In this document: positions 39,861 to 54,215 of the stretch, one piece after another
How the letters are laid out: every line of letters begins with the position of its first letter
Position numbering within the stretch: the first letter of the stretch is position 1
NCBI GenBank assembly: GCA_964016885.1
Contig: OZ024746.1
Coordinates: 22,010,001-22,074,000, forward strand
Source: Eledone cirrhosa
Taxonomy: Eukaryota
DNA: 64,000 bases
Direction: 5' to 3'
Made by a program: the position numbers and the translations under genes
The notes under the pieces: model-generated
Seen by the model: the letters and a program-made list of their open reading frames with translations, nothing else
Databases searched by the model: none
Told to the model about the DNA's origin: nothing

Positions 39861-40185
39861 GCATGTGTGTTTTGTGTTTCCAGTTCTCAGGTTGGCACCT
39901 TGTCTATAGACAGACCAATTTCTGTAGAAGTGAAACTTTAGTGAAGAAATTCATCTCTGTACGACAGATTGTTTAATAGATGTCATCTAATTTTATGTTA
40001 GTAATAGTAGTAGGAGTAGTAGTTGTAGTAGTGGTAATGGTAGTGGTGATGATGGTGCTAGTAGTAGTGGTGGTGGTAGTAGTGGTGGTAATGTAATGGT
40101 GATGCTGGTAGTAGTGGTAGTAGTAGTGATGGTGGTGGTAGTAAGCATAGTAGTGGTGGTAGTAGTGATGATAATAATGATAATA

Positions 40186-40245
40186 ATGGCCCTCCAACTA
40201 GTTAAGAAGGGTTTATTCAGAAGGCATAGACAGGAATTCACACAA
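40186..40245 (+). CDS. candidate alternative first coding exon MALQLVKKGLFRRHRQEFTQ, phase 0
   Basis: ataATGG start context, 20 open codons, donor CAA|gtatga. Confidence 0.3.
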
Positions 40246-41011
40246 GTATGAAATTTTCTTGAAGCTCATTCCTTTCTTTCTTTCTATCTTATTTTACACA
40301 AACTCTTATGTGTAATGAGGAAATAAAGATGGCTTCTCAGAAAATAAAGATGGTTTCTGTATTTAGTTGGTTTCTTTATAACTTTTGTTGTTATCTTTAG
40401 TTGTTTTTTGTTTAGATATTTATTTACTTGTGTTTTTGTTTATCAGGAGTACACTGACTGTATGGTGTTCTTGTCTTGGTTTGGTTTGGTTTGGTTTGGT
40501 GGACAAAGCCCTGCTTACTTTAATGGCTCCACTATGTATTGGTTCCTGTGTGATCATATTACTTAGTTACTGTCCAACATAAGTCTCTAGAACAGACCAG
40601 GCATTGCTGCCAATTCCTCTCTCATACTTTTGGTTTTCTTTTTTTTTTGGGGTGGTGAGAGCAAAAAAAAACAACAAACAAAAAAAAAAACAAGAAATTT
40701 TTTTTCAGTTTAATTTCATAACCATAAAGTCCTTTGCTCTCTTCTCATCATCCTCATTATTCTCCTCCTCATCATCACCATAAAAAAAAAAAAGTAACAA
40801 ACCGGTCTGTAAAAAAAATTTTTTCTCAAAGGTTTCGTAGCAAGTTTTATTTTCTGATCACATATTCTTCAACCATGCAAAGTAAATAGAATCTTCTTTT
40901 CTCGTCTGACTATACTCTCAAAATTTCGGATTACTAGCCTCCTATATTGTGTAGGAGGGATGAAGGTAACATCATTACGTGATATTTGAAAAAAAAACTG
41001 CTAAAATATTG

Positions 41012-41020
41012 ATGAAGGAG
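41012..41020 (+). CDS. candidate alternative first coding exon end MKE, phase 0
   Basis: ATGAAGGAG|gtaagt is a consensus donor at the end of a SINE-free stretch. Confidence 0.3.
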
Positions 41021-42077
41021 GTAAGTAAAGAAAAAAAAATGTTTCTTTGATTGATTGTAATTCTTTCTTATTCGAAATGAAAGTGTGTGGTCAAATGGTT
41101 AATCATAAGATTGTGGGTTCAATTCCTGGACCTGGTAGCTTGTTGTGTTCTTGAGCAAAATCTTTTATTTCACTTTACTTTTCATAAGACACACAAGAAA
41201 CCTATGAAACACAACCTCGTAGGGGGCCAGCTAAAACTGCATTGGTTTGAGCTGCAAATTAAAATATATATATTATTATTTCAAATGAATCTGTATAATT
41301 TGTTTTTCAACTATTTGTTTCCAATCAGGTATCTTTTTAGGATTAAAAATGAAGTCATATGAGCAAAACAGCACTATGACTGCATTTCAGTGAAAATTAA
41401 TGTTTTTACTTTAACCCTTTAGCATTCACATTACTCTATATATATACTGCTGTATTGTTGTGGTAAAGGCTTTACCTCACATAATTATTTCACATATGAG
41501 ATTTTGATGTTATTTATTTTGAGAACAATCCCTTAACATTAGTATGAGTGGCCAATTACAGCTGGTTTTAACAGAATGATGTGAGAGAATTCTGGCTGGA
41601 TATGGCCGGTTTAAATGTTAAAGAGTTAATATTGCAAATTTTCCCAACAGTAGGTTCATATTCATTTCTCTCCATCCCACGCACATCCTTTGCAGTTAAT
41701 GTAAATAAAAGGATGCAAGCAAATATCACGAGGTGTTTTGTCTGATGCTCCACCGATTCTGCCATATACTCACCAATACACACTCATACACACGTTTGTA
41801 AAAATATCAATGTATTGAAACAGTTGTACAATGTAAGGTATTTAATTCTTATCTCTTAATGTCCTGTACCACATGAAACCATATTAGCAACACCTTTTCC
41901 AAAAGTACTAAACAGCCTTATGATCACATCATGCATCACATGGAATGCTATGTCTTCACCCTAATAGTGCTTATTTTCCCAATGACCTGTCCATTAGTAA
42001 AGGTGCAATAAAAATTTGAATAAACAAACTTTATTTTTAGATATTTTCTGTGGAATTATTACAGGATGTTAAGAGTT

Positions 42078-42267
42078 AATAATTGTTTCTACTTTAGGCA
42101 CAAGGCCAGAAATTACCCAGTGCATTACTGGTACTTTATTTTATTGACCCCGTAAGGATGAAAGGCAAAGTCAACCTCGGCGGGATTTGAACTCAGATCG
42201 TAAAGGGACGTAACTATGCTGGAAAGCATGGCGTCCGACCCTCTACTGATACTGCCAATCCACTGCC
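42078..42267 (-). mobile_element. full-length young SINE A with 13-bp TSD
   Basis: aagagttaataat at 42071-42083 and 42268-42280. Confidence 0.95.
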
Positions 42268-43046
42268 AAGAGTTAATAATATAATTTATATGTACATGAC
42301 ATCATCATCGTTTTAACAGTTGCTTTCTCTGCTGGCAAGGGTTGGACAGGTCTACATAGACAAAGCCAGTACTGAAGCAGAGCCATTGATCTCCCAGACA
42401 GGCTAGGGATCTGTGTCTTGCTTATGTACGGTTTCATGTTCTACTGAGTGTACAGGAGAGAGCATTGTGGAGGGGGAAGAAAGTGTGTGTGTGGGGGGGG
42501 GGGCTATGCAATGGGATTGGTGTAATGATTATATATTGATTTATTTTAGAGTTGTACAAATTTCTTTTGTGGACCCTAAATGGTTTCTGATTTAGGCACA
42601 AGAGCAACAATTTTGAGGAAGGGGAGAGTCAATTAAATCGACCCTAGTGCTACTTTATTTTATTGACCGTCTACCCCATGCTAGCGTGGAAGAACGGACG
42701 TAAAACAATGATGATGATGATGATGACCCTGTAAAGAAGAAAGACAAAGTTAACCTCGGCTGAATTTGAACTCAGAATGTAAAGGGATGTAACTCTATGT
42801 TGAAAAGCACATTGTCAGAAACTCTACCAATACTTCCAATCCACCACCCTCATTAAGTGGTAAGAAACTCTGCAGAGATATGGACAGCAGAACGTTTTCA
42901 GAGAAGAAACCCCTCTCAAGCAAGTGCTTTGGCCCTTAACTTCTTACACTCAAAGGGGCCAGGCTGCATCCAGCTCATGTCTCCTAGGTGCCCTTCTGCT
43001 GACATTTAACCATTTGGATATCAGAGACTTGTGTATTTTAATTATT

Positions 43047-43237
43047 AATAATTGTTTCTACGTTAGGCACAAGGCCAGCAAATACCCAGTGCATTACTGG
43101 TACTTTATTTTATCGACCCCCGTAAGGATGAAAGGCAAAGTCAACCTCGGCGGGATTTGAACTCAGATCGTAAAGGGACGTAACTATGCTGGAAAGCATG
43201 GCGTCCAACCCTCTACCTTTACTGCCAATTCACCGCC
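43047..43237 (-). mobile_element. full-length SINE A
   Basis: Matches the consensus. ttttaattatt occurs at both ends. Confidence 0.9.
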
Positions 43238-44580
43238 TTTTAATTATTTTAATTATTAATAATGAGAAACTTAATGATTTCATTAAGCCCTTCTAAATCC
43301 TTGATTTTCTTCAAGATTATTTGAAGGTCATAATGTCTTTCATTAGAAAATTAATAACAAATGGGTTAAAATATAGTGTTTCCTTTCTCTTTATTCTTTT
43401 AATTGAAATATAATCAAGCAATGTATTGGTTGCTTCTTGTATGATATCTCTGACGGAAGTCAATGAAATTAACACCTGACCAGCACTGAGTTTAATTCAA
43501 TCTACTATAACTTACATCTACAAATATTGTGTACCTGTATACCTTGAATACTTTGTCAAGGTATACACCATTGAATGTGACATTTGGATTTAAAGAGAGT
43601 GAGTAGGAAAAACCAGGAGATAAAAAGAGAGAGAGAGAAGGAGGGAGAAGACAATACAGGGGAAGGGTTGAGAGAGTAGTAGAAAGTGGGATAGGGAGAA
43701 GGGTAGGCAAGTAGAGAAGGTGAGAGTTAGTGAGGGTAGGCAAGGAGAGGAAGAGAGAGGGCTGAGACAATGAGAGAGGAAGAGAGGGAGAGAGAGAGCT
43801 GAGACAAGGAGTGAGAAAAAACAATGCTTCATTTTGTTAATAATACCCTTGAGAAAGAGAGGAACTGTAAGTAGAACTTTTCATTAGTTTCCTATTCTAT
43901 AACATATGACCGGACCTTTGTGTTTAACCCCTCCTAAAATACAATGTAACAAACAATGGTATGGTCCCTTAACTCCTGGGGGAATCATATGGGGGCCATA
44001 TTGATATTTGGCATTTCTAGGGCATATTTTAAAACCTGGCAGAGCCCAAGTCTGAATACAGAAGATTTCTTCCAGATAAGGATAGAGAGTGAGAGAATAG
44101 AAGTAAGAAAGAGATATAGAGGAAGAATCTACCCCAGTACTTGACTGGTACTTTTTTTTTTATTGACCTCGAAAGAATGAAAGGTGAGGCTGACCCTGGA
44201 GGGATTTGAAATGAGAGAGCAAAGAGCCGGAACAAATATTGCAAAGCATTCTATCTGACTTTCTGACTCTGACAATTCACGGCTAACAACAAGCATTAGT
44301 ACAAGATATTTCTCCCCCAAACCCATTAATATATACAAATTTTCTATAACTTAAAGACAAAAAAAAAATCTTTATTGGATTATTGAATTATGACTTTGAT
44401 TTCTATAGATTAATTAATCTATTAATTGCATCACTAATGAGTACATTTATTTCTTCATGTTAAATACCAACCAAATACATCAACAATAGTTTCATACATG
44501 CACAAACATAGACACACACAAACACACACACATATACATACATATATACATGAACATGCACACAAATATATTTACACATA

Positions 44581-45695
44581 CAGTGGCGGACTGGGTCTAA
44601 AAGTATTGGTTGCCAGGAGATGAAGGGGGCCCACCTACATATAGAATGCTATCATTTAATTTTTATAATGAATAAATAACATTTTCGAAAAATACATAAG
44701 TGGAAACAAAACAGTGCAATCAAATTTTTTGCGGAGAAATATTACGTATTTTGCGAAATCTAGAGACTTTCAATAATGACCAGAAGTTTACCCTAAGTAT
44801 TACTAATAGCTCTAGGAAAGCCATGAACGATACCACACCTTTTTAACTTTGATTTTTAAAGTAGGTTTATAATTATCAATTTTCATTATACTTTTGTAGC
44901 TGTCTCAGTGGCCTAGTTGGAGGAATCATAGACGGTGGTGATCCTGGTCTGAAGTTCGATCCTGGTCGAGAGTAGGGTTCCCGGTAAACCTTCTCAGTTT
45001 TTTTCTATTGGTAGTAAAATAAAAACTGAAAAAGGTTACATGTACCTGTTGACCAGGATTGAACCCAAGACCAGGATCTCCACTGTCTCTAGTACCTACC
45101 ATTGGGCCACAGCGACAACTACGAAAATCTCATGAAAATTCATACTTATAAACCTACTTTTAAAATTTTCAAACCAAAGTGTTGTGGTGTCGTTCATGTC
45201 TTTCTTAATGTTATTGCTCCTACTTAAGGTCGACTTCTAAATCATTTGAGTGTTCCATAAACTACATCCTCGTTTTGTTTCTCATCTATCTAGACGATAT
45301 TTTAACCTGTAATCCATGTTTCATTTCTGTTGCACCTCATCCCCTCCTCCTCTCTGTCTATATGTGTATGTTTGCATGCATTAATGAATACACTAAGATT
45401 TAGATTTAGTAGAATGTACAACCACTGATTCCAGCTATTTGCACTCACATATATTTTGGTTTCTAGTAATTCCCTGGGGAATTGGTTGACCAAATGCTTT
45501 GCTTAATTGCTTTATTTATTTATTTTTCTTTTTTTTTTTCTTTTAGATTTCAGGTATTTTTTGAAAGCAAAGCATTGGCCCCTAAAATACTACAGTGAGC
45601 CCTGCAATGCTACTGTGAGCTCTTGCAATGCTACCAAGGGCCCCTGGGGCCAAATTGCCATTAGGCAACCTGGCAACCAGGCCAGTCCGCCACTG
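44581..45695 (+). mobile_element. complete non-autonomous hAT DNA transposon (1115 bp)
   Basis: 14-bp TIRs CAGTGGCGGACTGG / CCAGTCCGCCACTG and a perfect 8-bp TSD tacacata (44573-44580, 45696-45703). No transposase ORF. Confidence 0.92.
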
Positions 45696-46699
45696 TACAC
45701 ATACACAAACATACAAACATATACACTCATACACATGCATATTCTAAACTACATATAGAGCATATATCATCATTATTTTACGTATATTTTATTAAGCTTG
45801 CATGATTTGGACAACAATTATTGTTAATACTGTTTGTTGTGCTAGTCATGTTCTTTTTATTTGACTGGATGCTATTCCTATTACCAGCCACTTTACACCA
45901 TGGACTAAGGGCATTTTATCATGCCACTATCACTAGAGAGGTTGTCTGTCAGAGTCCAACCTAACTAGTTTTAATTCAGAGTAACTACTCTTCTTGACAG
46001 GTTGTCTTTTCTACATTCAGATATGTAAAACATCATCATCATACTAACTCAGTTTTGCCTTGTTGTGAAGTTTGGTGTTTTGTCTGTTCTTTTGAGCAGT
46101 TGCCTCCAGTCTGAATATGTATAAACCCTAGGGATTCACTAAAATAGTTTGTTGGCTTCATGGGAAAAAAAGAGTGGAGTATTCCTTCGAATTTGTCAGT
46201 AAAGTTTGACAGTTCTTCATAATATTATAAAAATTCCCCTTTAATAAGTTATTCTTTCATGAAGTAGTATAGTTTTTTTAATAGTTTTTTCTCATCTCCA
46301 AGCATAAAGAGAGGAGATGGGTGTCACCATGAATTTTTAAGGCCCATTGAAATGGTTATTATGAACATAGTCAAACTTCTAGAGTGGCACCATAATGACT
46401 GGCTGCAACAGTTACAGGAACTTCATTGATTGATGGTTTTTTATGTGTACTTAGATATTCTTTCTATTATCAAATTTAATGGTTCTTTATGAGAATCTCA
46501 GTAATATTCGGAGTTGATATGGTAAAAGTAAGGTTGGAGACCACAGATCTTGAGAATAAGCAATCTGGGTTATGTTATTTTGTCGGGGTTGTGTATTTTT
46601 GTCTGTGCTATGTGATTAATGCTATGTGTTTTAGTGCTGAGTAGCAAATGGGTAGAGTATGTATTGTATGGGTTGCTGGTGTTGTGGTGTTTCATGCAT

Positions 46700-46945
46700 T
46701 GTGCTTGCACAAGTTGGGTGGATCCTTTCCAACACAGCACCCTTCTTCCACCCAAGGCATTCCTTTGGGAGATTCAACATTTTGTCAACTACTCTAACCA
46801 CCTCAGCCCATGTATTTTATCATCTTCCTCTACTGCAGCTTCCATCCACTAGCATCTCTTGACACTTCTTCACCCAGTGTTCATCTTCCATACACATCAC
46901 TTCACAAGCAGGGAAAAGTAGATATAAAATGATGGTGATGATGAT
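46700..46945. mobile_element. degraded RTE fragments
   Basis: cagcacccttcttcc… resembles 13910-14200, and a GAT tail follows at ~46930. Confidence 0.5.
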
Positions 46946-49900
46946 TGTGATTATCATCTCTGAAACAAACATCTCCACTGTTGTTATCAGTCACTTTGTC
47001 TCAGCCCCCCCCCCTCCTTCTCCTTATTAATTAACAAAATATAAAAGGCAAACTACATGCACTTTTAGTTAGCTTCTGCATCTCATGAGATAAGTATTAT
47101 TGCTTAACTGTATATAATGTTTCTTCACTACATTAACTTTTTGTGTCCTGTACCACATGAAACTGCTTTAGCAAGACATTCTTGAAAAGAACAAAACAAC
47201 ACTATGAAAACATCATCATCATCATCATCATTTTATGTCCATTTTTCCATGCTTGCATTAAAAATTAAAGTCTTTACTCTCATACCGAAAACTTTCTCAA
47301 TAATCTGTTCATATTGTTCTTTCTGCCAAGAGTTGCAACTGGTAGATAGCAAGGGAGAGACCAATAGAAACATTGTTTCCTTGGTTTGATTTGACGAGTT
47401 CCACCCCAACTCTGTGAGTGAATGAGACCTGGAATCCTGTTGATTGATTCCTTACTGTTGTTGCTGTAGAGCCTCCAAGTGAGTCAGGAGTCACCTGACC
47501 TATGGTTAAACACACTCTAGCTATGAACTTTCTACCTTTTCGTTTATTGGCATAGAATCCAACGTGTCATTGTTTTTGTTTTTTAAGATTGTGGTTTTAG
47601 TGACACAATAAACATACCTACTACACTCTAAAAGTGGTTAATTATAAAAAGGGCATCCAGTCATAGAAACCTTGCAAAATAAAGGGTCAGGAGGGAGGAC
47701 TCTTCAGTGGTGTCATAGGCATAACAACCTTTGTAGTACTGGTGTCACAAGAGAATGCATCCAGTAAACTGTGTAAAGTGCAGGATCATAAGTGATATAC
47801 AGAACCCAGCTCATTTGAGAGGTAATATAGCTCCAATTAGATACTGACTTGGTCTAAGATGACCAATCCAATCCTTACTGGCAGGGTAAATAGACAATAA
47901 ATAATGATAATAAATAGAATGTGATATGAAGGACATTTTGCTTCTATTTCTAGCAGGTTGCATGACCACATAGAGGTTCCCCTTATCGACTCGGCTGTTG
48001 CAGTAGTTGTTGCTGTCGTCATTCAGATGTAAAAATAACCAAAGAGAAAGACAAAGAAAAGCCCCAACACCTGGTGTAAATTATGACCACAGTCCTAAGC
48101 CTATCATGAGAGAGACAGCATCTGTATCCATTATAAAGTTTAGAGAAATGAGAATAAGTTAGTGTGCCATGAAGAGAAGACAATTCTCATATGTCATTCA
48201 GAGATCTTGTATGTACACACACACATATATACATATATACACACACACATATATACATATATACACACACAATATATATACATATGTATATGTATATATA
48301 TATATATATATATGCATACTTACATGCACATGTTTCTCATGCAAAAAATATGTAAAAGAAATGAATTTAGCAGGCAGAAAATATTGGGTTTTTTTATATA
48401 TATTATTTACAGCCTGTAATTATAATTCCTTTCAGCATGTTAATGTTCTATCGTTGGGTTGGTTTGTTAAGTATACTGTATACCTGCTTAACATTTACCA
48501 TAGGTTCAGCTGAACAGTTAAGAGGCTGACTATGAAAGAGTGATGCTAGAGCTGTGAAATCTTGCATGCATTAATTTCAACTCTTCTTATTAATAACTGC
48601 ATTGTTTCTTTCTAGAGACTATGTTAGAAAATAAACCTCATTTTGTAATTCCATGAGAGTATCTTGGTCAGCCTATGAACTCTTCAGTTAACCCTCGTAA
48701 GAGAAGATTGATGACAGGCAGCAATCATCACTATCAAAGACGTCCTCAGTGAAGCAGAGGTCTCTCTTCCGCCATCATATTCTACAAACATGTGTAGCTA
48801 TCCATAAAATAATTTTGGGGGAGATTTAGCATCATCAACATCACCATCACCACTTTTATTATGAAGGATGCCCTTAGGGAAACGTAGGTCTCTCTCTCTC
48901 ACTCTCTCTATCTCTCCATTATATTCCACACAAACGTGTATCTATCCATAAGATAATTCTGGGGGAGATTTAGAATGACACACCCTATGTCAAGGCTGCC
49001 ATTTGAATTAGGGGCACAGTCCATTTGACAGGTTTGCAAACAGTGTCCACCTAGTCTACAGAATTCCACTGATACAGCTGGGGTTGACCTGTGGTCAAGG
49101 TCAAAATACTCAACTGAAAAGTCACACACACTGGGAATAAACTGGCAGCTTTAAAGTAAAGATGTTAATTTATAATATGATGCATTCATAGTGTTATTTT
49201 GTACTTTTTATAAAAATGTCTTGCTAATGTGGTGCAGGACAATAAGAATTTAAAAAAAAAGCATAAACAAACACAAGCAAAAAGGGCTTTTCCTGACATA
49301 AATTTCATAGATTTAAAGTCTAAGTTAAAGTAAATGAATTATTACTCATTAAACCTAATTTTTATGTAATGCTCCACAGATATTAGTCGGCATATTTTTA
49401 TCTGTTTGCTATTCCTACTAACCTACATATTTCTGTGTCACACTACAGTAAACTTGTCACATAACTAACATTTTGTATTAAATAAGTAAAAAATGTGAGG
49501 GCTAGATTTATATCTATGTTACGTTATATCGATATCAATAATACAGAACAATATATGTATTATTTTGACATATTTTAACCCTGAACTTCCCTGGTTCATA
49601 AAATCTACTATTTAGGCCCTGTCTGGTCCCAAACTTGCTAGATTAGTGAAGTTGACCTGTGATTTAGATAATGAGTTAAAGCTAAAATAAAACATTGACA
49701 TGCATCAGTAAATGAAGTACATTCCCTTTTGGAGTTGAATTTTACACTGACTTCACTGTGAGAATGAAATTTGTTTTTCCAATTGTTTTTATGTAATTTG
49801 AATGAATATGGCCTCCAAAACGATTGGAAATTGGTAAAAAAAAATCCTCACATTGCAGCACATTAGCAAACTTTTTGTTTCCTGCTTTTCTATATGTTAT

Positions 49901-50075
49901 GTAAACCTGTTGTCTAGCACCTCTTTTAGTTACTTAGTATTGCTCTTTGTTGACTCCATTTTTCCATGCTTTTCTCTTTGCTTTAAAGCCTATATCTACA
50001 GACATAAACACCTCTCTCTCTCTCTACACACACATATATATTTATATACACACACATATATATATATATTTATAT

Positions 50076-50140
<65 letters not shown>

Positions 50141-50462
50141 CATCATTGTCGGTTTAACATCTGCTTTCCCTGCTAGCAAAGGTTAGACAGGTCTACATAG
50201 ACTAAATCAATACTAAAGCAAAGTTACTGACCTCTGACAGGCTGAGAGGTCTGATATCTCAGTTACCTATGGTCTTACCTTCTCCCATGTACACAGGAGA
50301 GGTTGTCATGTCATTGACACAATTAAAGGGTCTTCCCATCACTTTGTTTGGCAAGCTTTCCATGGCTGGATGCTTTTCCTATCACCAACCACTTTACAGA
50401 GTGTACTGGGTGCATTTATCATATAGATCACTAACATATATAACCATCATTATTTTACTGGA

Positions 50463-50640
50463 AGTATCGGTAGAGGGTCGGATGCTGTGCTTTCTAGCAT
50501 ATAGTTACACCCCTTAATGGTCTGAGTTCAAATCCTGCCGAGGTTAACTTTGCCTTTCATCCTTACGAGGTCGATAAAATAAAGTACCAGTAATGCATTG
50601 GAATAATTGTTGGCTTTGTGCCAATAGTAGAAGCAATAAT
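50463..50640 (+). mobile_element. SINE family A copy
   Basis: Matches the consensus. Confidence 0.85.
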
Positions 50641-51629
50641 TTTACCTTCACATTTCTATGCTAGCAAGAGTTGGACAGGTTGATAAGACCAAGTCAGTAT
50701 TTAGTTGGAGCTGCTGTTTTTCTAGACATGTCAGGGAATCCTTTACATATGTTCCAGTGATGGTATGGTTTTGATGCCTGGAAGCCCTTCCTACCATCTA
50801 TATAAATGTGTGCCTGCATAAATGTGTTTGTACATAACTGTGAGTATGCTTTTATTTAGAAGGTATTGGATTTAGTAAGAAAATTTTAATACAGGCTGCA
50901 TGTGAGTTTATGATAAAAATATAAATTTATAAATATAATCTTTTTTTTTTTTTTAAATCTGAATTTCATAATGAAAGTTTATATCCCTTAAGGTCAAAAG
51001 GTAGTATGTCATGTGAGGTCATGAAATGGTACTTATGTATAAGTTAACTGTAATCCCCCCCACCCACATAATCAACTGTTTTTATCACAGTTTGCCACCC
51101 GTTAATACTCTGTAAGCAAAATTGTCTATGACAGCATCCATAAACTTAACTGATACCATAATGTCATGAAACTAGTTTACTTAAACCAATGTTTACAATA
51201 CATATATATATATATATATATATATTGGAGCGGGTATGTATATAGATATTATATATATATACATGTGTGGGTGTGTTGTATGTTTGTATGAATATCATCA
51301 TCATCAGTTAGATGGGTTGTCATGGTCCGAGAGAGGTCAAGGAAACCATGTCTTGCTCATATTTTCTATTCTTTGTTTAAATTTAACATTTTAACAGCTG
51401 GATTCCATTCCTAATACCAACCACCTTAGAGGATGTACTGGGTATGTTTCATTGTAGAACTGGCACTACCACTGTACAGAGTGTACTGGGTACACTTTAT
51501 CATGACATCAGTGTTAACACTTAGAGGGTGTATTTGTGCATTTTGTCATAACACCAGCATTAGAAATGGTGTTGCAACCTTGGTAGTGTGAAGAGTGGTA
51601 GTAATAGGAGAAGGTGAGTGAGAATATAA

Positions 51630-51995
51630 CCAAGATGACATTCTAAGTGAAGGAAAATTTGAATGTAAAATCTGCGATTTTATGGTAGCCAATGATGTTA
51701 ACCTGTTCTTCTTTTTGGATAACTGTCACCCTTGTTCAGAGAGTGAAATTGTTCCAATGCAAGGCCTTTCTTCACTTAAAAATGCTTCAAGCACAAACAT
51801 CACTTGATCTAAATTACTTTACTTTCATGTGTGTTGCATGAGCATGGCCTTTTCTTTTTTTATTTCACTGCAGCATATGCAAAAAGAAATTTAAGTCCTT
51901 GGCAGGGCTAAAAAGTCATGTTCGTGTCGCCCATGTATGAGAAAAAGGCCATGGAATGGCAATACTTGAAAGTGAGATGCAGCCAATATGTATGT
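51630..51995 (+). mobile_element. probable LINE 3' end with a C-terminal C2H2-like zinc finger
   Basis: 51863-51940 encodes FHCSICKKKFKSLAGLKSHVRVAHV*. An upstream GKFECKICDF is disconnected from it. A short UTR and (TATG) tail follow. Confidence 0.55.
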
Positions 51996-52894
51996 TTATT
52001 TGTCTGTTAGAGTTCACATATGTACACATGAAAATTGCTGCATCCAGTAAGATGCCTGCAAGTCATTGCAGCAAGTGTGTTGGTTTGCCTCAATAATTAT
52101 TAGAAAGGAAACTCCTGCATCCCTTGTTTCATGTGATTCCTTTTAAACATAAATTATGCTTATTTGAATTAATTTTATTTTAAAAATTGGTCAAGTTTAT
52201 ATAGAAGGCAAAAATGATGTCACACCGCTACTATGACTCCTACCAATGTTATTTTTCCAAACTCAAGAAAGTGTTTAAATATAAGTTTGAAAGCAGAGGC
52301 AACAGAGAAGTTTCAGGTAGATCCTGTCAACAAAATCTCTATAAGGTTTAAATACACAAGTCTCCGATATCCAAATGGCTAAATGTCAGTAGAAGTGCGG
52401 CCAGGAGTGATGACCATGTAAGTAGTTAAGGGCTGAAACACTTGCATGGGACAGGTTTCTTCTCTGAAAACCCTCTGCTGTCCAGCTCTTCTTAGAGTTT
52501 CTTGCCACTTATATAAGAGAAGCTACAATAACTTATGTAATTCTAAATATTTGTGAAACACTTAATTCGTTTGCCTTGGAAACTTTCAGTTTGCAAAGAA
52601 AATGCCTACATTGTTCCAAGTTTATTTTTAAAAGTAAACTACAATCCAGAGTTGATGTTGTACCAGATTGTATTATCAGCTTTTACATAAGTGTTTATGG
52701 GTGTCATATGTACATACACACAACACATACACTGACATTTGTGTCGGGATTTCTCTGTCTGTTTCTACATGTATGTATCTATATCTATCTATTTTTCTCT
52801 CTATATGTATATGTATATGCAACTGTACTTACACATTCCATACACAGATATGTGTGTGTGTATGTGTGTGCATATATGTGTGTATATATATATA

Positions 52895-53156
52895 TCATCA
52901 TTTCATCATCAGTTCATTTTACGTCCGCTTTTTCCCTGCTTGCAAGGGTGGGACGGGAACTGATGCTGGCTTGATTTCTACAGCTGGATGCCCTTCCTAA
53001 CACCAACCTCATTTACAGTGAGTGCTGGGTGCTTTTTTTTCCGTGGCACCTCCACAACCACTTTGCAGTGGAATGATATGGACCCCAGTCCCTATCATCT
53101 CATTTCTACAGCTGAGTAAACTGGAGCAATGTGAAATAAAGTGTCTTGCTCAAGGA

Positions 53157-53202
<46 letters not shown>

Positions 53203-53363
53203 GTCGTGTAGGTGCCACGGAAAAAAAGCACCCAGCACTCACTGTAAATGAGGTTGGTGTTAGGAAGGGCATCCAGCTGTAGAAATCATGCCAGAACCAG
53301 TTCCTGTCCCACCCTTGCAAGCAGGGAAAAACGGACGTAAAATGATGATGATGATGATGATGA
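52895..53363. mobile_element. two inverted SINE B fragments separated by (TA)n
   Basis: Minus copy 52895-53159 and plus copy 53199-53363, near-identical over ~160 bp. Confidence 0.9.
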
Positions 53364-54215
53364 TATATATCCCAGTTTGGAGAGCAGGCCATGTAATGAT
53401 GATGATGATGAACAAAGTGAACACTTTTCTATCCTCCATTGAGCAATGCCACTAATAACCATCTAGCCCTCCCACTCAGTCAGCTAACATAACAATCATA
53501 ACTGCTAACACCAACACCATTACCACCACCATCACCACTATCATCATCACCATCACCATCAGCACCACCACCACTGCCTCCCAACACCATCATGACCACC
53601 ACCACCACTGCCTCCCAACATCATCACCACCACCACCACCACCACTACCATCATTATCATTATCATCACCATTACACATCATTTCAACAGATGTTAGTTT
53701 GTTAGAAAGTGTTACATTCTTAATTTCCACTGTATTAAATCTTTCCTTCCTCTACACTGTACAACACATTCTCACTCATACTCCACACTCACACTCCACA
53801 CTCACACTCAACACACACCACACACCACACTCGCACATTAATTCATTTATTTTATAACTTCATTTCCTCTGGTTGTTATATTTCACAATCAATAAGCTTA
53901 GTTGAGTTAACTACCACTAACTGGATGTTATCAATGACACCTACATAGGTGGAATAAGGTGCACCAGTTGCAGTAGTAGTGCTGCTGCTGTTGCTGTTGC
54001 TGTTGCTAGTGCTGCTGGTGTTGCTGTTGGTGTTGCTATTGCTGCTCGTGTTGGTGCTGTTGGTGCTGCTGCTTGGAGATATATTAATAACTAAGAGCTA
54101 AACACATTCCTTTACTGTGGCTCAAAACTTCTCTCTCTCACTCTCTCTCTCTCACTCTCACTCTGTCTCTCTCTGTCTCTCTCTCTCTCTGTCTCTTTCT
54201 CTCTCTCTGTCATAG

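Noticed and set aside
46303-46430. phase-2 coding exon continuing the 27733 gene
   Set aside because: Weak AAG acceptor, early stop and no recognisable protein features.
51863-51940. host C2H2 zinc-finger gene exon
   Set aside because: A single finger ending in a stop, with no TGEKP linker. The nearby acceptor would remove the first Cys. It fits a LINE C-terminus better.
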